Assembly: GCA_023245355.1 (NCBI GenBank) | Contig: JAHFKN010000004.1 | Coordinates: 25,309-89,308 of the forward strand | Direction of reading: 5' to 3' | From: Candidatus Gottesmanbacteria bacterium | Lineage (GTDB): Bacteria; Patescibacteriota; Microgenomatia; UBA10105; UBA927 | DNA length: 64,000 nt | Shown here: positions 18,859-31,100 of the stretch, one piece after another | Layout of the letters: the number at the start of each line of letters is the position of its first letter | How positions within the stretch are numbered: position 1 is the first letter of the stretch | Translations under genes and position numbers: made by a program | Notes under the pieces: model-generated | The model's database searches: none | Told to the model about the DNA's origin: nothing | Seen by the model: only the letters and a program-made list of their open reading frames with translations

Positions 18859-21207
18859 ATGAAACGCATAGAACCATATATCGGGATAGTGTTGCTTCTT
18901 GTTGCTGTCGGATTTAATCTGTGGACGTACCGCAGTGAACCGTCTTCACTGGTGGATCCGAATGACAATACGTTCCAATTTGCTTTGGTCGACAGGACAA
19001 ACCAAATATGGTCTTTTGCACAACAAAAGTGTACCGGCATTTTAAAGCCATTCTGCAGCATTTCCTACGTATCTGACCACTGGGTTCCGAACTGGGCCGA
19101 GGGATATAACCTCCCGTACTACTATTCGCACATTCCGCAGATCCTGATAGTCGCCTCATGGCGGCTTTTGACCCCGATGATTCCTCAGTATTCGCTGTTT
19201 ACCCATTATCATTGGGTTATTTATCTGCTTCTGTGCCTCTTCCCTATTTCGCTGTTTATCGCACTCCGGATTGTCGGCATTACCTGGATTTCGGCCGGCA
19301 TAGGCGCTCTCCTTGCCTCGCAGATATCGACAGACGGCCTCTACGGACTGGATCCTGCATCATTCGTCTGGCGGGGATACGGGTTAAGCAGTCAGCTATT
19401 TTCCACTATTTGGCTTCCGCTTGCGATTGCCTATGCCTGGCGGTATTTCACCAATCGCACATCTTCCCGTTTTCTTTGGCCGGCAATAGCAAGCTTGGCT
19501 GCAACGACAGCCGGTCATCTGGGCATGGGCATTATCGGATTTATGAGTGTGGGAGTCTTAGCTATCAGCCCGTCCGTACAATCTATACTGACACAATCCT
19601 GGGACAAAAAAACCGCAAAGGATCTCATGGATACCTTACTCAAGCTATGTTTTGTCTTCGGCGGTGTCGGACTGTTACTGGGATACTGGATCGTACCGAT
19701 ACTGCGCGACGGAAACTACCACAACATCTCCGTCTGGGACGGGATATGGAAATTTGATTCGTTCGGGTACCGCGAGGTGCTCAAAAATCTGTTTAACGGC
19801 GATCTGTTTGATTTCGGCCGCCTTCCTGTCATGACTATTGCCGTGTGTATCGGTCTGTTTGCGGCATTTTCAGGTACATATTTCGGATTTTCCCTTTTGT
19901 TTATCTTCTGGCTGCTTCTGTATTTCGGCAGAACGACCTGGGGAGGAGTATTCAGTCTCATTCCGGGAATGAGCGAATACCATCTTTCGCGTTTCATAGT
20001 CGGTGTCCATATAACGGGGATATTTTTAATCCCGTTAGGCATAGAAAAAATACGGGAAATACTCCGGCAATACGCGCCGAAATATATACCGACCGTCACG
20101 GGTCCGCTCATAGACCTCATATGTACGACCATCATTATTGCCCTCGGCATTTCGTTGATATATCCCCAGACCATCCGGTATGCCGAACACAATGACGTGT
20201 TGATCGCGCGGGGTATTAATTCATACCGTCAGGAGGTAAAAGACGTTGACGCCTTATTTACAGCTCTCAGATCAAAAATGGCTCAAAAACCCGGCCGGGT
20301 ATTTGCCGGTCGCGGAGGCGGATGGGGCAAAGGCTTCCGGATTGCGGAAACACCGATGTATATGCATCTTTCTACCTACGGCATTCCGGTTATTTTATGG
20401 CTTCCGGAAACATGGTCCCCTAATTCGGATACCGAACAGTATTTTTCGGAAAACAATCCCGACCACTACAACCTCTACAACGTGCGGTATGTGGTGACCC
20501 CGGCAACACTTAATTCCGAACAAATACAGCCGTTCTGGAGCCTTGTAGAGAACGGAGACACATGGAAATTGTATGAAGTGGCAACAGACGGATATATCAC
20601 ATCCGGAGTCCGCCCGGCAACCGTAAGCAGCACGAAAGCGGATTATAGGAATGTCGTGCGCTTCTGGATGCATTCCGGAGCGCCTGATCAGGGGTTATTC
20701 CCCGAACTGACGTTTGATGCCGCATACCCCAAACAAACCGGACGCGCAAACTTCCGGATGAGAAATGAGGTGACGTACGAAACCCCCGACAAAGCACTGC
20801 ATAATCTGTTTGCAGAAGCCCCGCTCTATCTCCCGCCGGCTGCTTCCTCACTGCAGCAGTTTACCGGCATGAAAAAAGAAGACTATGTAAAAAGTGTAGT
20901 TACGTCACAATCGGAAAACGGTGACATGGTCTTTACTGCGCGCGTGACGGTAAAAGAAAACTGCAAAGAGTGCATTGTGATCCTCAAGCAATCATTCCAC
21001 CCCTCCTGGCAGGCGACGGTAGACGGGAAACCCACACAGACATTTGCCGTATTTCCCTTTTATACCGCCGTCAGCCTGGATACGCCGGGAGATCATGATG
21101 TCGTATTTTCATATACGCCGTCGGCGTTCAAACACATATTTCTTGCTGTCGGATTGATTTCCCTTTTGTGCTTTCTTTGGGTTGCCCGTAAAAACCGGAC
21201 ACCCTGA
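18859..21207 (+). CDS. Large polytopic membrane protein with a ~380-aa extracytoplasmic C-terminal domain and a terminal TM helix (GT-C-like?)
   Basis: 782 aa. Many N-terminal TM helices and a final hydrophobic segment (IFLAVGLISLLCFLWV). Starts 1 nt after the upstream gene stop. Confidence 0.5.
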   Translation: MKRIEPYIGIVLLLVAVGFNLWTYRSEPSSLVDPNDNTFQFALVDRTNQIWSFAQQKCTGILKPFCSISYVSDHWVPNWAEGYNLPYYYSHIPQILIVASWRLLTPMIPQYSLFTHYHWVIYLLLCLFPISLFIALRIVGITWISAGIGALLASQISTDGLYGLDPASFVWRGYGLSSQLFSTIWLPLAIAYAWRYFTNRTSSRFLWPAIASLAATTAGHLGMGIIGFMSVGVLAISPSVQSILTQSWDKKTAKDLMDTLLKLCFVFGGVGLLLGYWIVPILRDGNYHNISVWDGIWKFDSFGYREVLKNLFNGDLFDFGRLPVMTIAVCIGLFAAFSGTYFGFSLLFIFWLLLYFGRTTWGGVFSLIPGMSEYHLSRFIVGVHITGIFLIPLGIEKIREILRQYAPKYIPTVTGPLIDLICTTIIIALGISLIYPQTIRYAEHNDVLIARGINSYRQEVKDVDALFTALRSKMAQKPGRVFAGRGGGWGKGFRIAETPMYMHLSTYGIPVILWLPETWSPNSDTEQYFSENNPDHYNLYNVRYVVTPATLNSEQIQPFWSLVENGDTWKLYEVATDGYITSGVRPATVSSTKADYRNVVRFWMHSGAPDQGLFPELTFDAAYPKQTGRANFRMRNEVTYETPDKALHNLFAEAPLYLPPAASSLQQFTGMKKEDYVKSVVTSQSENGDMVFTARVTVKENCKECIVILKQSFHPSWQATVDGKPTQTFAVFPFYTAVSLDTPGDHDVVFSYTPSAFKHIFLAVGLISLLCFLWVARKNRTP

Positions 21208-21232
21208 ACGTAACGCAGAGAATGCCATCGGT

Positions 21233-22039
21233 ATGCCGTACAACACGCGCTATTTCTTATTATTCCTGGGTCTTGCCGTCGTAACACTGATAAGCGTCAA
21301 TTTGCACTTCCCCACTCCGGCCGGAAAAGCAGATATCCTGATTATCTCTCCCCACCCTGATGATGCGGTCCTTTGCTGTACCGGACTTATTCTGCAGGCA
21401 TTGGGACAGAAAAAGCGCGTGCATATCGTAGAAATGACCGACGGGGACGGATATGCAGATGCGGCAGCTCTCCTAGCCAAGAAATCCGCCGGATTACTGA
21501 CATTGATAGACATGCGCAGGCTGGGACGGGTACGGAAACATGAAGAAATCCTAGCTATGCAAACCCTTGGACTCAACCGCAATCACATCACGTTTTTGGG
21601 ATACCCTGACGGCTGGCTGGATGAGGTGTACAACGCAGAAGATACACCGTTCCGCAGTCCCTTTACTGAATTGTCCCGGTCTGCTTCCTCTGACACACTA
21701 TATATCAAATCATCAGTTATAGCCGACCTTACATCAATTATTGCCCGGTACGCACCAACACACGTGTATGTGTCCGGCAATTTTGACAGTGCCTTAGATC
21801 ACCGGGTAACCTATAAATTCGTGACGGATGCCGTGAAAATCTCGGGGTATACCGGCAAACTGTTTATGTATGCAAATCACACAACGGACAGCGGCACGCT
21901 ATTGCCGGAATATGAGCTGACTCTTACACGGGAACAAAAACAGGCAAAAGCTGCTGCTATCACAGCATATACGTCACAATTACCGTTGGACGGTGATTAT
22001 CTGCGTTCGTTTGCCGGAACGAAAGAACTATTTTATTAG
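21233..22039 (+). CDS. PIG-L/LmbE-family N-acetylglucosaminyl deacetylase
   Basis: ISPHPDDAVLCCTG motif (the PIG-L HPDDE signature) followed by HIVEMTDGDG. An N-terminal TM anchor. The ATG at 21233 is preferred over the track start at 21182, which overlaps the upstream gene. Confidence 0.8.
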   Translation: MPYNTRYFLLFLGLAVVTLISVNLHFPTPAGKADILIISPHPDDAVLCCTGLILQALGQKKRVHIVEMTDGDGYADAAALLAKKSAGLLTLIDMRRLGRVRKHEEILAMQTLGLNRNHITFLGYPDGWLDEVYNAEDTPFRSPFTELSRSASSDTLYIKSSVIADLTSIIARYAPTHVYVSGNFDSALDHRVTYKFVTDAVKISGYTGKLFMYANHTTDSGTLLPEYELTLTREQKQAKAAAITAYTSQLPLDGDYLRSFAGTKELFY

Positions 22040-22104
22040 CGTATTACACTCTGATCTTCTCAGCTGTTTATCAGCATCCCTGCCGGCACTATAGAGAAAC
22101 GCGT

Positions 22105-25100
22105 TCACTTTTTTATCTCTAATTCCGTATTTTCTCCGTTTCTCACAAATACGTGAATCGTCACTATTCCCGTCACGGTAATTCGTAGTTCCCCTATCGG
22201 TATCCGGTCGCTCGTCCGGTACATGGGTATCCATGTATCTTTCGGCACAGTGCCGAAGACAGATAACAATTTCTCATCAATATCCTTTTTATTCGGGGTA
22301 AATGACACCGTTCTTTTACGGTTTGCCTGCCCGACATCAATGGCTAATTCATCACTGACGGGACCCACCCACGAAAACCACCCTTCCGCATCCGTTGGCC
22401 CGGCGGGATCCTCTATTTGGTAGGCCAGATACCCGCGGACAATATTTTTCTTTGCTGATTCTGGAACCGGCACGGCGATATCAATAGAATGATCCTCACT
22501 CCCGGCTGCCGCCCCGATATCCAAAAGCACCAACATCCCTTTCTCATCTATGCTGACTTCATACGTAATGGGGTCGTTTAGCACATGCAGACGGTCTCCG
22601 ACAAAAAGCGGCACATCGCCTCCCGACATCACCTGCCCGTTTTTCATAATATCCCTGTTGTCGTAATCCCTGTGCACAATCAGCTGTTCCCCGATAACCT
22701 GTATCCGCATCGGTGTCGCTTGCGTAAGGTACACATCAATACTTGCTGACGGCGTCAATCTGGCTGACGGAGGTTGTAGAGGAGACTCTTTTACCTGTGC
22801 GGCATTCGTATCAATCATCACGTTGGGCGTATAAATCACGGCAAACGAAAGGTCGTCCTCATTCCGCACCCCCCATTGTATAAACGCGCTCATAAGCTGT
22901 GTGCGCGCGGCAGATTCATCAGGCGCATCATTCAGGATTCTGGCTACATCAGCCCGATGCCCCTCAGAAATAATCTTCTGGATACTGTCACTACCCACAA
23001 TCCATCTGCTGCCCGGCGGCATCTCGCGCTCTACGACATTGGCAACACTGCCATCATCCTCAAACATCTGCGGCGTTTCCCCTGTCGTGCCCGTTACTTT
23101 TATCTGGTATGCGGCTTTCCCGGCTTTTGTCGGAATATTAATCCACGCCAGATACGTACGCGCCTGTTCGGGAGTCAGCCTGCTGTTTTGCCGTTTTACA
23201 GCAGCGATCGCCTGCGGCAAATTCGGTACAGTTTTCAACACGCTCCGTAGCACATCGTCGGGCAGTGATCCTGCTTTGTATTGCGCGCGCTCATCGTCTT
23301 GTATACGCGCCCATGCGACTGCCTGCTCCGCCTGAGCAGTACTCAACCGGGTATTCATCAACAACAGATTATTCACATCCTCTTCTACGTTTTTGACTGT
23401 AGACAGAATTCTGTCAACGTCTGCTTTCTCTAACTCGCGCGGTTCATCAACACTGTCCAATTCCTTCGTTTGCTGGTTGTAGACAAACCGGTAATGGTTC
23501 CCGACCCGGTAATCCAGCATGTATTGTTTTCCGTCTTTCCGGTAAAAAAGAATGACGGAAAGTGTCGTACGCACTTTTTCTGAGGCCGTCGCATTGTAAC
23601 TCCGCATTTCCTGCGCATACAAATCCATGATCTGTGCCAACCTGTCGGTACGGGCATCCGTATCCAAAAATACGTTCGGGTCAAACCCGCTTCCAGTCAT
23701 ACGCCGGTATGTTTCTATTGCCCGTTCCCATGCTTCTTTCTGAATATCCGCTGATGCACGTCCCTGACTTGATACGCCATCTATATTTACGATGATGTCA
23801 GGGCCGGTGATGATGACATCCTCCCCTCCGATTGCATACGTTGCCCCCTGCGGAACCTCAGGAACAAATGCGGGCACTAATGACTTTCCTGCTTTTGCAA
23901 GTGCTGCGCCTACTGATTGTTGTGTGTTCGAAAGCGGCGTTCCCATTTTTATGCCGAGCAGCTCCCGCACCCTAGGATCCATAATGCCCAAATTCACGCT
24001 ATACGGACCGGATGTAAGTACATTCCATAATCTTCTCCACCATGGCAACGCATCCTGATATTTTCTGCCCGCCAACTCACCAATTGCGCGCTGCCATCGG
24101 AATGCACGCGTGACATCTTCATCGGATTCGAATTTGTTTTTGGGCGCAATTTGTTCCAATTGATCCTTCTCGCGGTCAGACACGCCTAATTCAGTGAGCC
24201 GGATACCCCCGCGTTTTTCTACCGTCACATCAGGATGCAGATACCGCCGGAGCCAATCCCATTCCCAATAGGGAATACCTTGTTTTGGCAATCTATTCTC
24301 AAAGAAATGAGCAGATATAGTCTGTAACGCGTCTTCATTTGCGCGGGACGCCAAAACACCCAGTGCCTCATCAAAAATCGCTATATTTTCCGTATCGGCA
24401 TCCGACTCACCCCCGGTATTGGCAAATGTCACATCCGTGATACCAAAACTCGGATGGGAATAGTATCTGTGACCGTCAATAGAAAGATCCGATAGCTCGT
24501 GCTGCAGCGCCTCACGGAACGCCTGTATATCTACTTGCGTTCCCTCAGGAAGAAAAATGACAAAATCATTTGCGGATTTATGAAATACGACAATCTGGTG
24601 AACTCCCAGTGATCCGAACACACGTTCAACAATAGGGACAAACTGTTTATGAATCATCTCGTCCCCTGCCAAATCCCCCAGATCCGTATTTACGTGTTTG
24701 AGCGTTCCTGCATAACTCACCTGCAATAGCCGGGCATTTCCGGGATATAATTCATGAGCCGACTTTATAGCACCTTTAGCATTTTTATGCACCAGCACTT
24801 TTGCGTTTGCATCAATCGTCCGGAAATACCGTTCCAAAACGCCTGCCGGCCCCTGTAACAAATCATCTACCAGTAACGTAGTGGTCAGTTGTGTCATGTA
24901 TTGCCTGAACTGCTGATGCACGCTGTTTCCAGTCTGACCCAATAACGAAATATCATGTATCAACAAGTTGATAAGCCCATAACTTCTGCGTAGATTATCC
25001 AGCGCCTCCGTGTATATAGCATCTCCTTCTATAGCAGCAGCAAGGGCATTCTGATCCACACGGGCGACATCTTCCATCGCTAATGATTCATCAGAAAGAT

Positions 25101-28100
25101 GTATGCCAAGCGGCCTGGATGTTATCCGTTTTCCGTCTTCATAAAACATCGTGTGTGTTCCTAATATTTCTCCAAACCGCGATATAAAATCGTCTGCTTC
25201 AGTATCCGTCACTGACTCATCGACGAATATGGCATACTTATCCCCTGCTACGCGGATGAGGCCGAAGCGGTTTGCCGCGTCATTCATGGCAATTCTTGTT
25301 TCGAAAAACACCGCAGCCATGTCTTTCAATAAATAATCTCCCAATAATTTTTGAGTTCTGGAATCGGCGAGGACATGATTTGCCCCGAACAGATTTTCAA
25401 TATCAATAACTTTGACAATCTTACGGTTTACATGCGACAGCAACGGCCAGGATTGGGACGTCCAAACAAGTTGAGGAGCATCTCCGTAACTGTTTACCTC
25501 ATCAATCCAGTCAGTCCGCACCTGGCTCCGGATGCTTAAAGGAAACATTTCACGGCTCAGTGGCCGGAGTTGTTTTTGATGTAATGCATCAAGAAAATAC
25601 TCATTATATAGATCTACCAATTCCGGGGCGCCGATAAGTATCTGATTCATTTGTGAGGCTAACTCTATGTCTCCCATACGGTTGATAAACTGTAAGAACG
25701 CGCGGAAAATCGCTGCCTTTACTATCTCCCGCTGCTGAACCCGCTGGAAGCTGTTCTCCTGTGCACTATACGCTTGCAACACCGGCGTCCTGCTGCGCTG
25801 TTGCAACTCTACAAACACATCACGGAAATCGTTGAGAAGCTGTTGGTGTGTCCAGGTGCCGTTCCCTGACACTGATGCAAACCGTTTGCGCCGGCCGCTC
25901 GGGGTGACCAGATCCATCACCGCAAATACCGTCCCGTCAGGCACTTTCACCGTATCAGCTGAGTATTCCGATATGGAATCGAACTCTGCTTCAGATACGA
26001 GTACAGGAGGGACATACGAAACAAGCGCTGTTCCGTTCATCGCCTGTATCATAGGACCGACATACGGCAGACGCAGTAATCCCAAACGCAAAAAGCGCTG
26101 GAGCCATATCGGAATATACCGGTTATTCGTCACCATAAACACGACACCCAAAAGCGACTCGTCCTGCGATCCGTTGATCGCCCGGACAGCCGTATTGAAT
26201 GCATCCGGCTCAATCCACTGGTTATCAGGAGTGATCATCGGTAATGTTTGCGGCTGGATTCTCCGCAACTCAACCGGGAAATTTTGCGCATCACTGCTTT
26301 CCGGATACGTAGGTACCATCGGCGAGATGATGGAAGAATCGTTTTTGAAATCCATATGAAGCGCTTCCAGTGTTTCCGCATATAAACGCGCAACCCCGCT
26401 GAAACGAAGCGTTCCGTCAACCGGTATCTGTAACACCGGATCCTCAACCTGAGTATTCATACCGGGAACATTCATCGTTCCCTGCTCCAAAATACCGTTG
26501 CTTAACGCAGCAAACATCCGGAATGCCAACACGCCCTCTACCACCAAATGATCGCCTGTTACTATGATGCCGCCGGTACCCGTCCGGGCAACCCGGAGCC
26601 ATGCATTCTGACTCTCCGTATATCTTCCGACATACCGCTCCGGATCAGCCGGCTGCTCGTCAATAACGACCATCGCCTCCCCCGGATCCGCTGCTATTTC
26701 ACCCTGTGCAATCAATCCGGCAATTTCATCCGCCGTAAATTCCCGGTCCAAAGGAACCCTGATACGCCGGAATCGTCCGTCTGCTTGTGCAATCGCAATC
26801 ACCGCTTCATCTTGGATAAGCTCCCTGGGATCATAGGCGGTCCTGTTTTTTGCTTCATTCACCCGTACAAACAGAGGCTGATTGTGTGCTCTGGCAGCAT
26901 CACTTCGGGCAAATTGCAGGAAGTTGACTATCAGTTGCGGCGCAAAGTCATCCTTTACCCGCATGTTTTTATATTCCTTGTGCAGCACGATCGCCCGTTC
27001 CCGCCGGGTCAGACTTCCCACCATATATTTCTCCCACTGCGTCATTTCGGAAACAGCCCGCGAATCGACGGCAAATTGCGGAGAAGAAATCCGCCTGATA
27101 CCCACAAGCAGCCAGTATAATCCGCGTGCCAGAGCCCGACGCATAGAGGAAGCGCGGAGAATCGGCAGATCGTTCATTGCTGCTGTAAGCTGCGTCGGTG
27201 TCGGCAATCCCATGCGCACCAACGACCGGTCATCGGTGCCGATTGCTACCCGTAGGCTTTCGCCGAACGGATACTGCGGCTGCATACGGATAAACAATCC
27301 TCTCACGCCCTCCTGTACTCCGCGCAGCTGATTGAGCATGCCCGCACGCCGGGCGACAGCCGGCCACCGTTCAATCGGCTCATGGGTAAATAATGCTACT
27401 GCTTCTTCACGGGACATAAACCGTCGGACACTAAACACCGCTTCTACCCCTGATGTGACCATGGCGTCGTACTGACGGTATTGCTGCGGGGTTCCCATGT
27501 GAGCCGCCAAAAGCGCATCAATTTCACCCGCATACTCTTCCCCGTATTCACGGATGACTTTTGCACGGATGACCCCCGCTTCAACGGGATAACTGTCATA
27601 TTGTCCCCCGTCTGCCTGACGTTTCGTGAGCGTTCGAATAATAAATGAAGAATCTTTCGCGAACGAATTATCCCGTTGGGCGGCATATGCAAGTATTTCC
27701 GTGCTTACGATATACCGGTATGTGCGGGCATCAAGATACGCAGCTAATCCTTCCCGGCGCTCTTCCTGGGTATTCCATGACCGCAATAATTCCGTTAACC
27801 GGTCGGTTGCCGGAGCAGAACTTCCGTCATTCCTGATGATGTCATACACCGCATGCTGCATCTCATGAATAACCATTTGTCTGCCGTACGCTTCCCCGTA
27901 CCGGCGGTTTATAAATATAACCGAATCGTTAAATGCTGGTATCAATGTTTTCCCAGGATGCAACCCGCTTGCGCCTTCATACGAAACCCCCTGTGCTACG
28001 ATACCGTCGTGCATGAGCTCGTGAGCATTCAACGCCGCTTTGCTAAAATCTGCAGCATCCAGTTCTATGATCACAAACGGGCCGCGGACGACCATGCTGG

Positions 28101-31100
28101 TTTCTGCTCCCACATCCGTACCGAATACTGCTTTTATGAACGTTTGCCCGTCCGGATACGCTGAGGCGGCGCGTCCGATAATCTGTTGCTGCGTGCGGTA
28201 CCGCTCCACAATTCTAACCATTTCATCCCGCACCGGCCGCGTAAATCCGTACGTTATCTGATATTGATCATAGACGGCCCGGATTGCCTCGTCGTCTGCC
28301 TGCGGATTTGCGATAAGAAGCTCGCGGACTTCGGCTTCCAATCTGGCCAATCCGACTCGGTAATAGGCATACTTTTTATCAAACGCCGCCTTGGTCATCC
28401 GGCGTTCCCAGGAATTCGGCGGGGTTTGCCGCATGGTGGTTATCCACTCGCTCACGTCAAACGTTTCGCCCCTTCGTATGGGAACGGCGGATATACTCTC
28501 CCGGAACCTGGTAAATAGATATGGTTTTTGCAGGAATTCAGGAATTAATTGCTGAAAGCCCCATACCGACCGCGTTACCGGTTTCTCCGGATCCATAGAC
28601 TCGAGTATTACTGCTGCCGGCGGCTCCATTCCCTCTTCTATAATCGGTGTCACACTGTCGATTACTCGCCCGACCGGACAATCATTTGCACCCTGAGGAT
28701 CTTGTGCAAATACCAACGGAATCAAACGCAATGCAGACCCTCCGCATGCCTGTTGTCGCACCCGTTTCGCCGCGGCTCTGACAAACTGTTTTGCCGGCCG
28801 GGTCACCGGTGTATATGCATTCCGAAGCGCCCTGCCGCTGCGCACTGCTGCAAGCGCCAGCTGCGGATCAATCCACGGACGGCTTTGCTGACGGAATTGC
28901 GGAGATTGCGGCGCAGGTTCTGAAGCAGGAATCAGTTTCCCTATTCCCTGCGGAATAAGCACCTGCATGGTCTCATCAAACTGCCACAACCCGCGCCACA
29001 TAACACCCAAGGAAGCTGTTACTCTTGTAAACCAACGTTTGTCCGTCTGCTGTCCCTCAAGACGGAGCATGGCGCGCGCGAGCGCAATGTTTGCACGCAA
29101 AGACCGCTGAATCGCACCGGGATTACCGGCTGCAACTTCGGATGATTTGAGCGCACGTCCTGCGAAAATCCGCTGCACGAACCGGAACGGCCGCTGCACG
29201 GCGGTATATGCAACTCCGACAAACACCGAACTCAAACTTAGATTCGTGCCTGGCACAGACCCCTGTTGCCGCGCCGCCGCCAATGCGCCCCCCTCTTCCT
29301 GTGTAAGTAATATGGCGATTTGTGATCGTCCACGGCCCTCTGCAATCGCGCCGTATTTGGCGACAAACTGATCAAACGTAAGCGTTTCACCGCGGATAAT
29401 TCCGTCTCCGGTCACTTTTCCGTTTGCAAATTTATAGTTTGCGTCATATACCGTAAATGTCTGTATTCCTGCTTCATTTGTATCAATATACGCTATGTGT
29501 CCGGGATTTTTTGATCCTTTGTTGTATACGACGAAAAAATGTCCGGGTCCGTATGTTTGCAAATCTTGTTGCGACTGTACGCGTAATACGTAATATTCAC
29601 CCCGAAATACCAATCCGTCGGGATCATTGGATAATTCATCACCGGCCATAGATTTCGCCACTTCACCTCCGATTGCTGAAATCGGAATATTGAAATCAAC
29701 GAGCCCGCTTTCTACGAGAAGATTTGCAAACGCCACACATTGCACCTCCTGATCCGGCCAAACATTGCGCTGCGAGGTGAACAGGTCATCCAGGAAATCG
29801 TATGCATCATAGTCCGCCCGGTCGAGCTCACGTGCAAGCGTCTCAAACCCGCGGTCAACCAATCCTGTTTTTAATGCTTCACTCGGCGTTACTGTATCTC
29901 TGTCAGGGCTACTTTGCCATTCGTTGAGGATATCTGCAAATACGTTGGACATAATAGCCGCCTGCGTTTTGGCAGCCGGGCCCAATATCGTCCGCGCACC
30001 TGCTGCTGGTAGCCGCGGCAAAGCGGTAGGAACCTGTGGCAGCGTTTCAGCAACCGGTGGCTGCGCCTCAATAACAGGCGGCTGTACTTCTTCCGGTTGA
30101 CTCACGGCGGCACTTTGTGCTGGTACCGACAGCGGTTTAGTTCCGGCAGGAGACAACACCTGTACTCCTTTAAACTTAGCAAGGAACGTATCGACCGGCA
30201 TGAGGTACGTGCCCGTCGCCTCATCTTTTTCTATACCGGCATACACACCCCACGTAGACGGATTGATAAATGAAGTCATCAGGCCGTCTGCCAGCCGGAC
30301 GAATACTTCGCCGTCACGCTCAACAAACCCCAGATACACCAAACTGTGTTCGGTAACTTTCGATGAATTAAGGGAAATGATTGTTCCATGGGCAACACCC
30401 TTGTAGGCTGCTTCCTGCTGTCCCATCATGACCCGAAGTAATGACTCCCTCAGATCAGCAGACGGCACATACAGAATAACTTTTCCGTCCTTGATCTCGT
30501 ATTGTATGGACGGGTGCTTGCTCACCATTTCCAGGAATACCGACTGGGTAACTTCGTACCGCGTCTTGGACTGCGAAATGACGGGGATTGTTTCGTCACT
30601 TAACTGATAGCCCATATTCTTAAGAATTGAGGCAAATTCCGTCTTCCCTTTCCCCTCCTGAACCCCGAGATTCAGAAGCGCCAGCGCCTGTTCTGACTTT
30701 GTTCCGCCGCCGTGGTTTAAATATTTCTCCACGATTGCAGGATCCATCGTCAGACTGTCGCGGGACTGAGCTTCGGGAGACAATAATTCCGCATACAACA
30801 ACGGGTCGATAACGACAGGCACGGTTCCCGTAGTTGCAGTCTCTGCATCGATAAGCGATATTGCAGCCGTAAGCGTATGGATATAACAGGTAAATCCGCC
30901 TGCCTGCGGCAGCGCGATAACGTATCCTGAACTCTTGCTTCCCGGCAAGCCGCTTTGGATTTGGGAAAGCGGAATTGCAGCGGTTTGCGCACCGCGTTCT
31001 TCCGTCGTTGCCGACGGGAATACGTCATCATGGAGAAGTGACCCGCTTGGCTGACCGTCGGACGGATATGTCACAACCCGGGCAATCACCGTCCCCTGTT

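Noticed and set aside
22040-22104. Intrinsic terminator between the convergent PIG-L gene and the giant gene
   Set aside because: Only a weak 8-nt palindrome (aacgcgtt) is present, and the adjacent T-run lies inside the giant ORF's last codons (KK*). That is not convincing.
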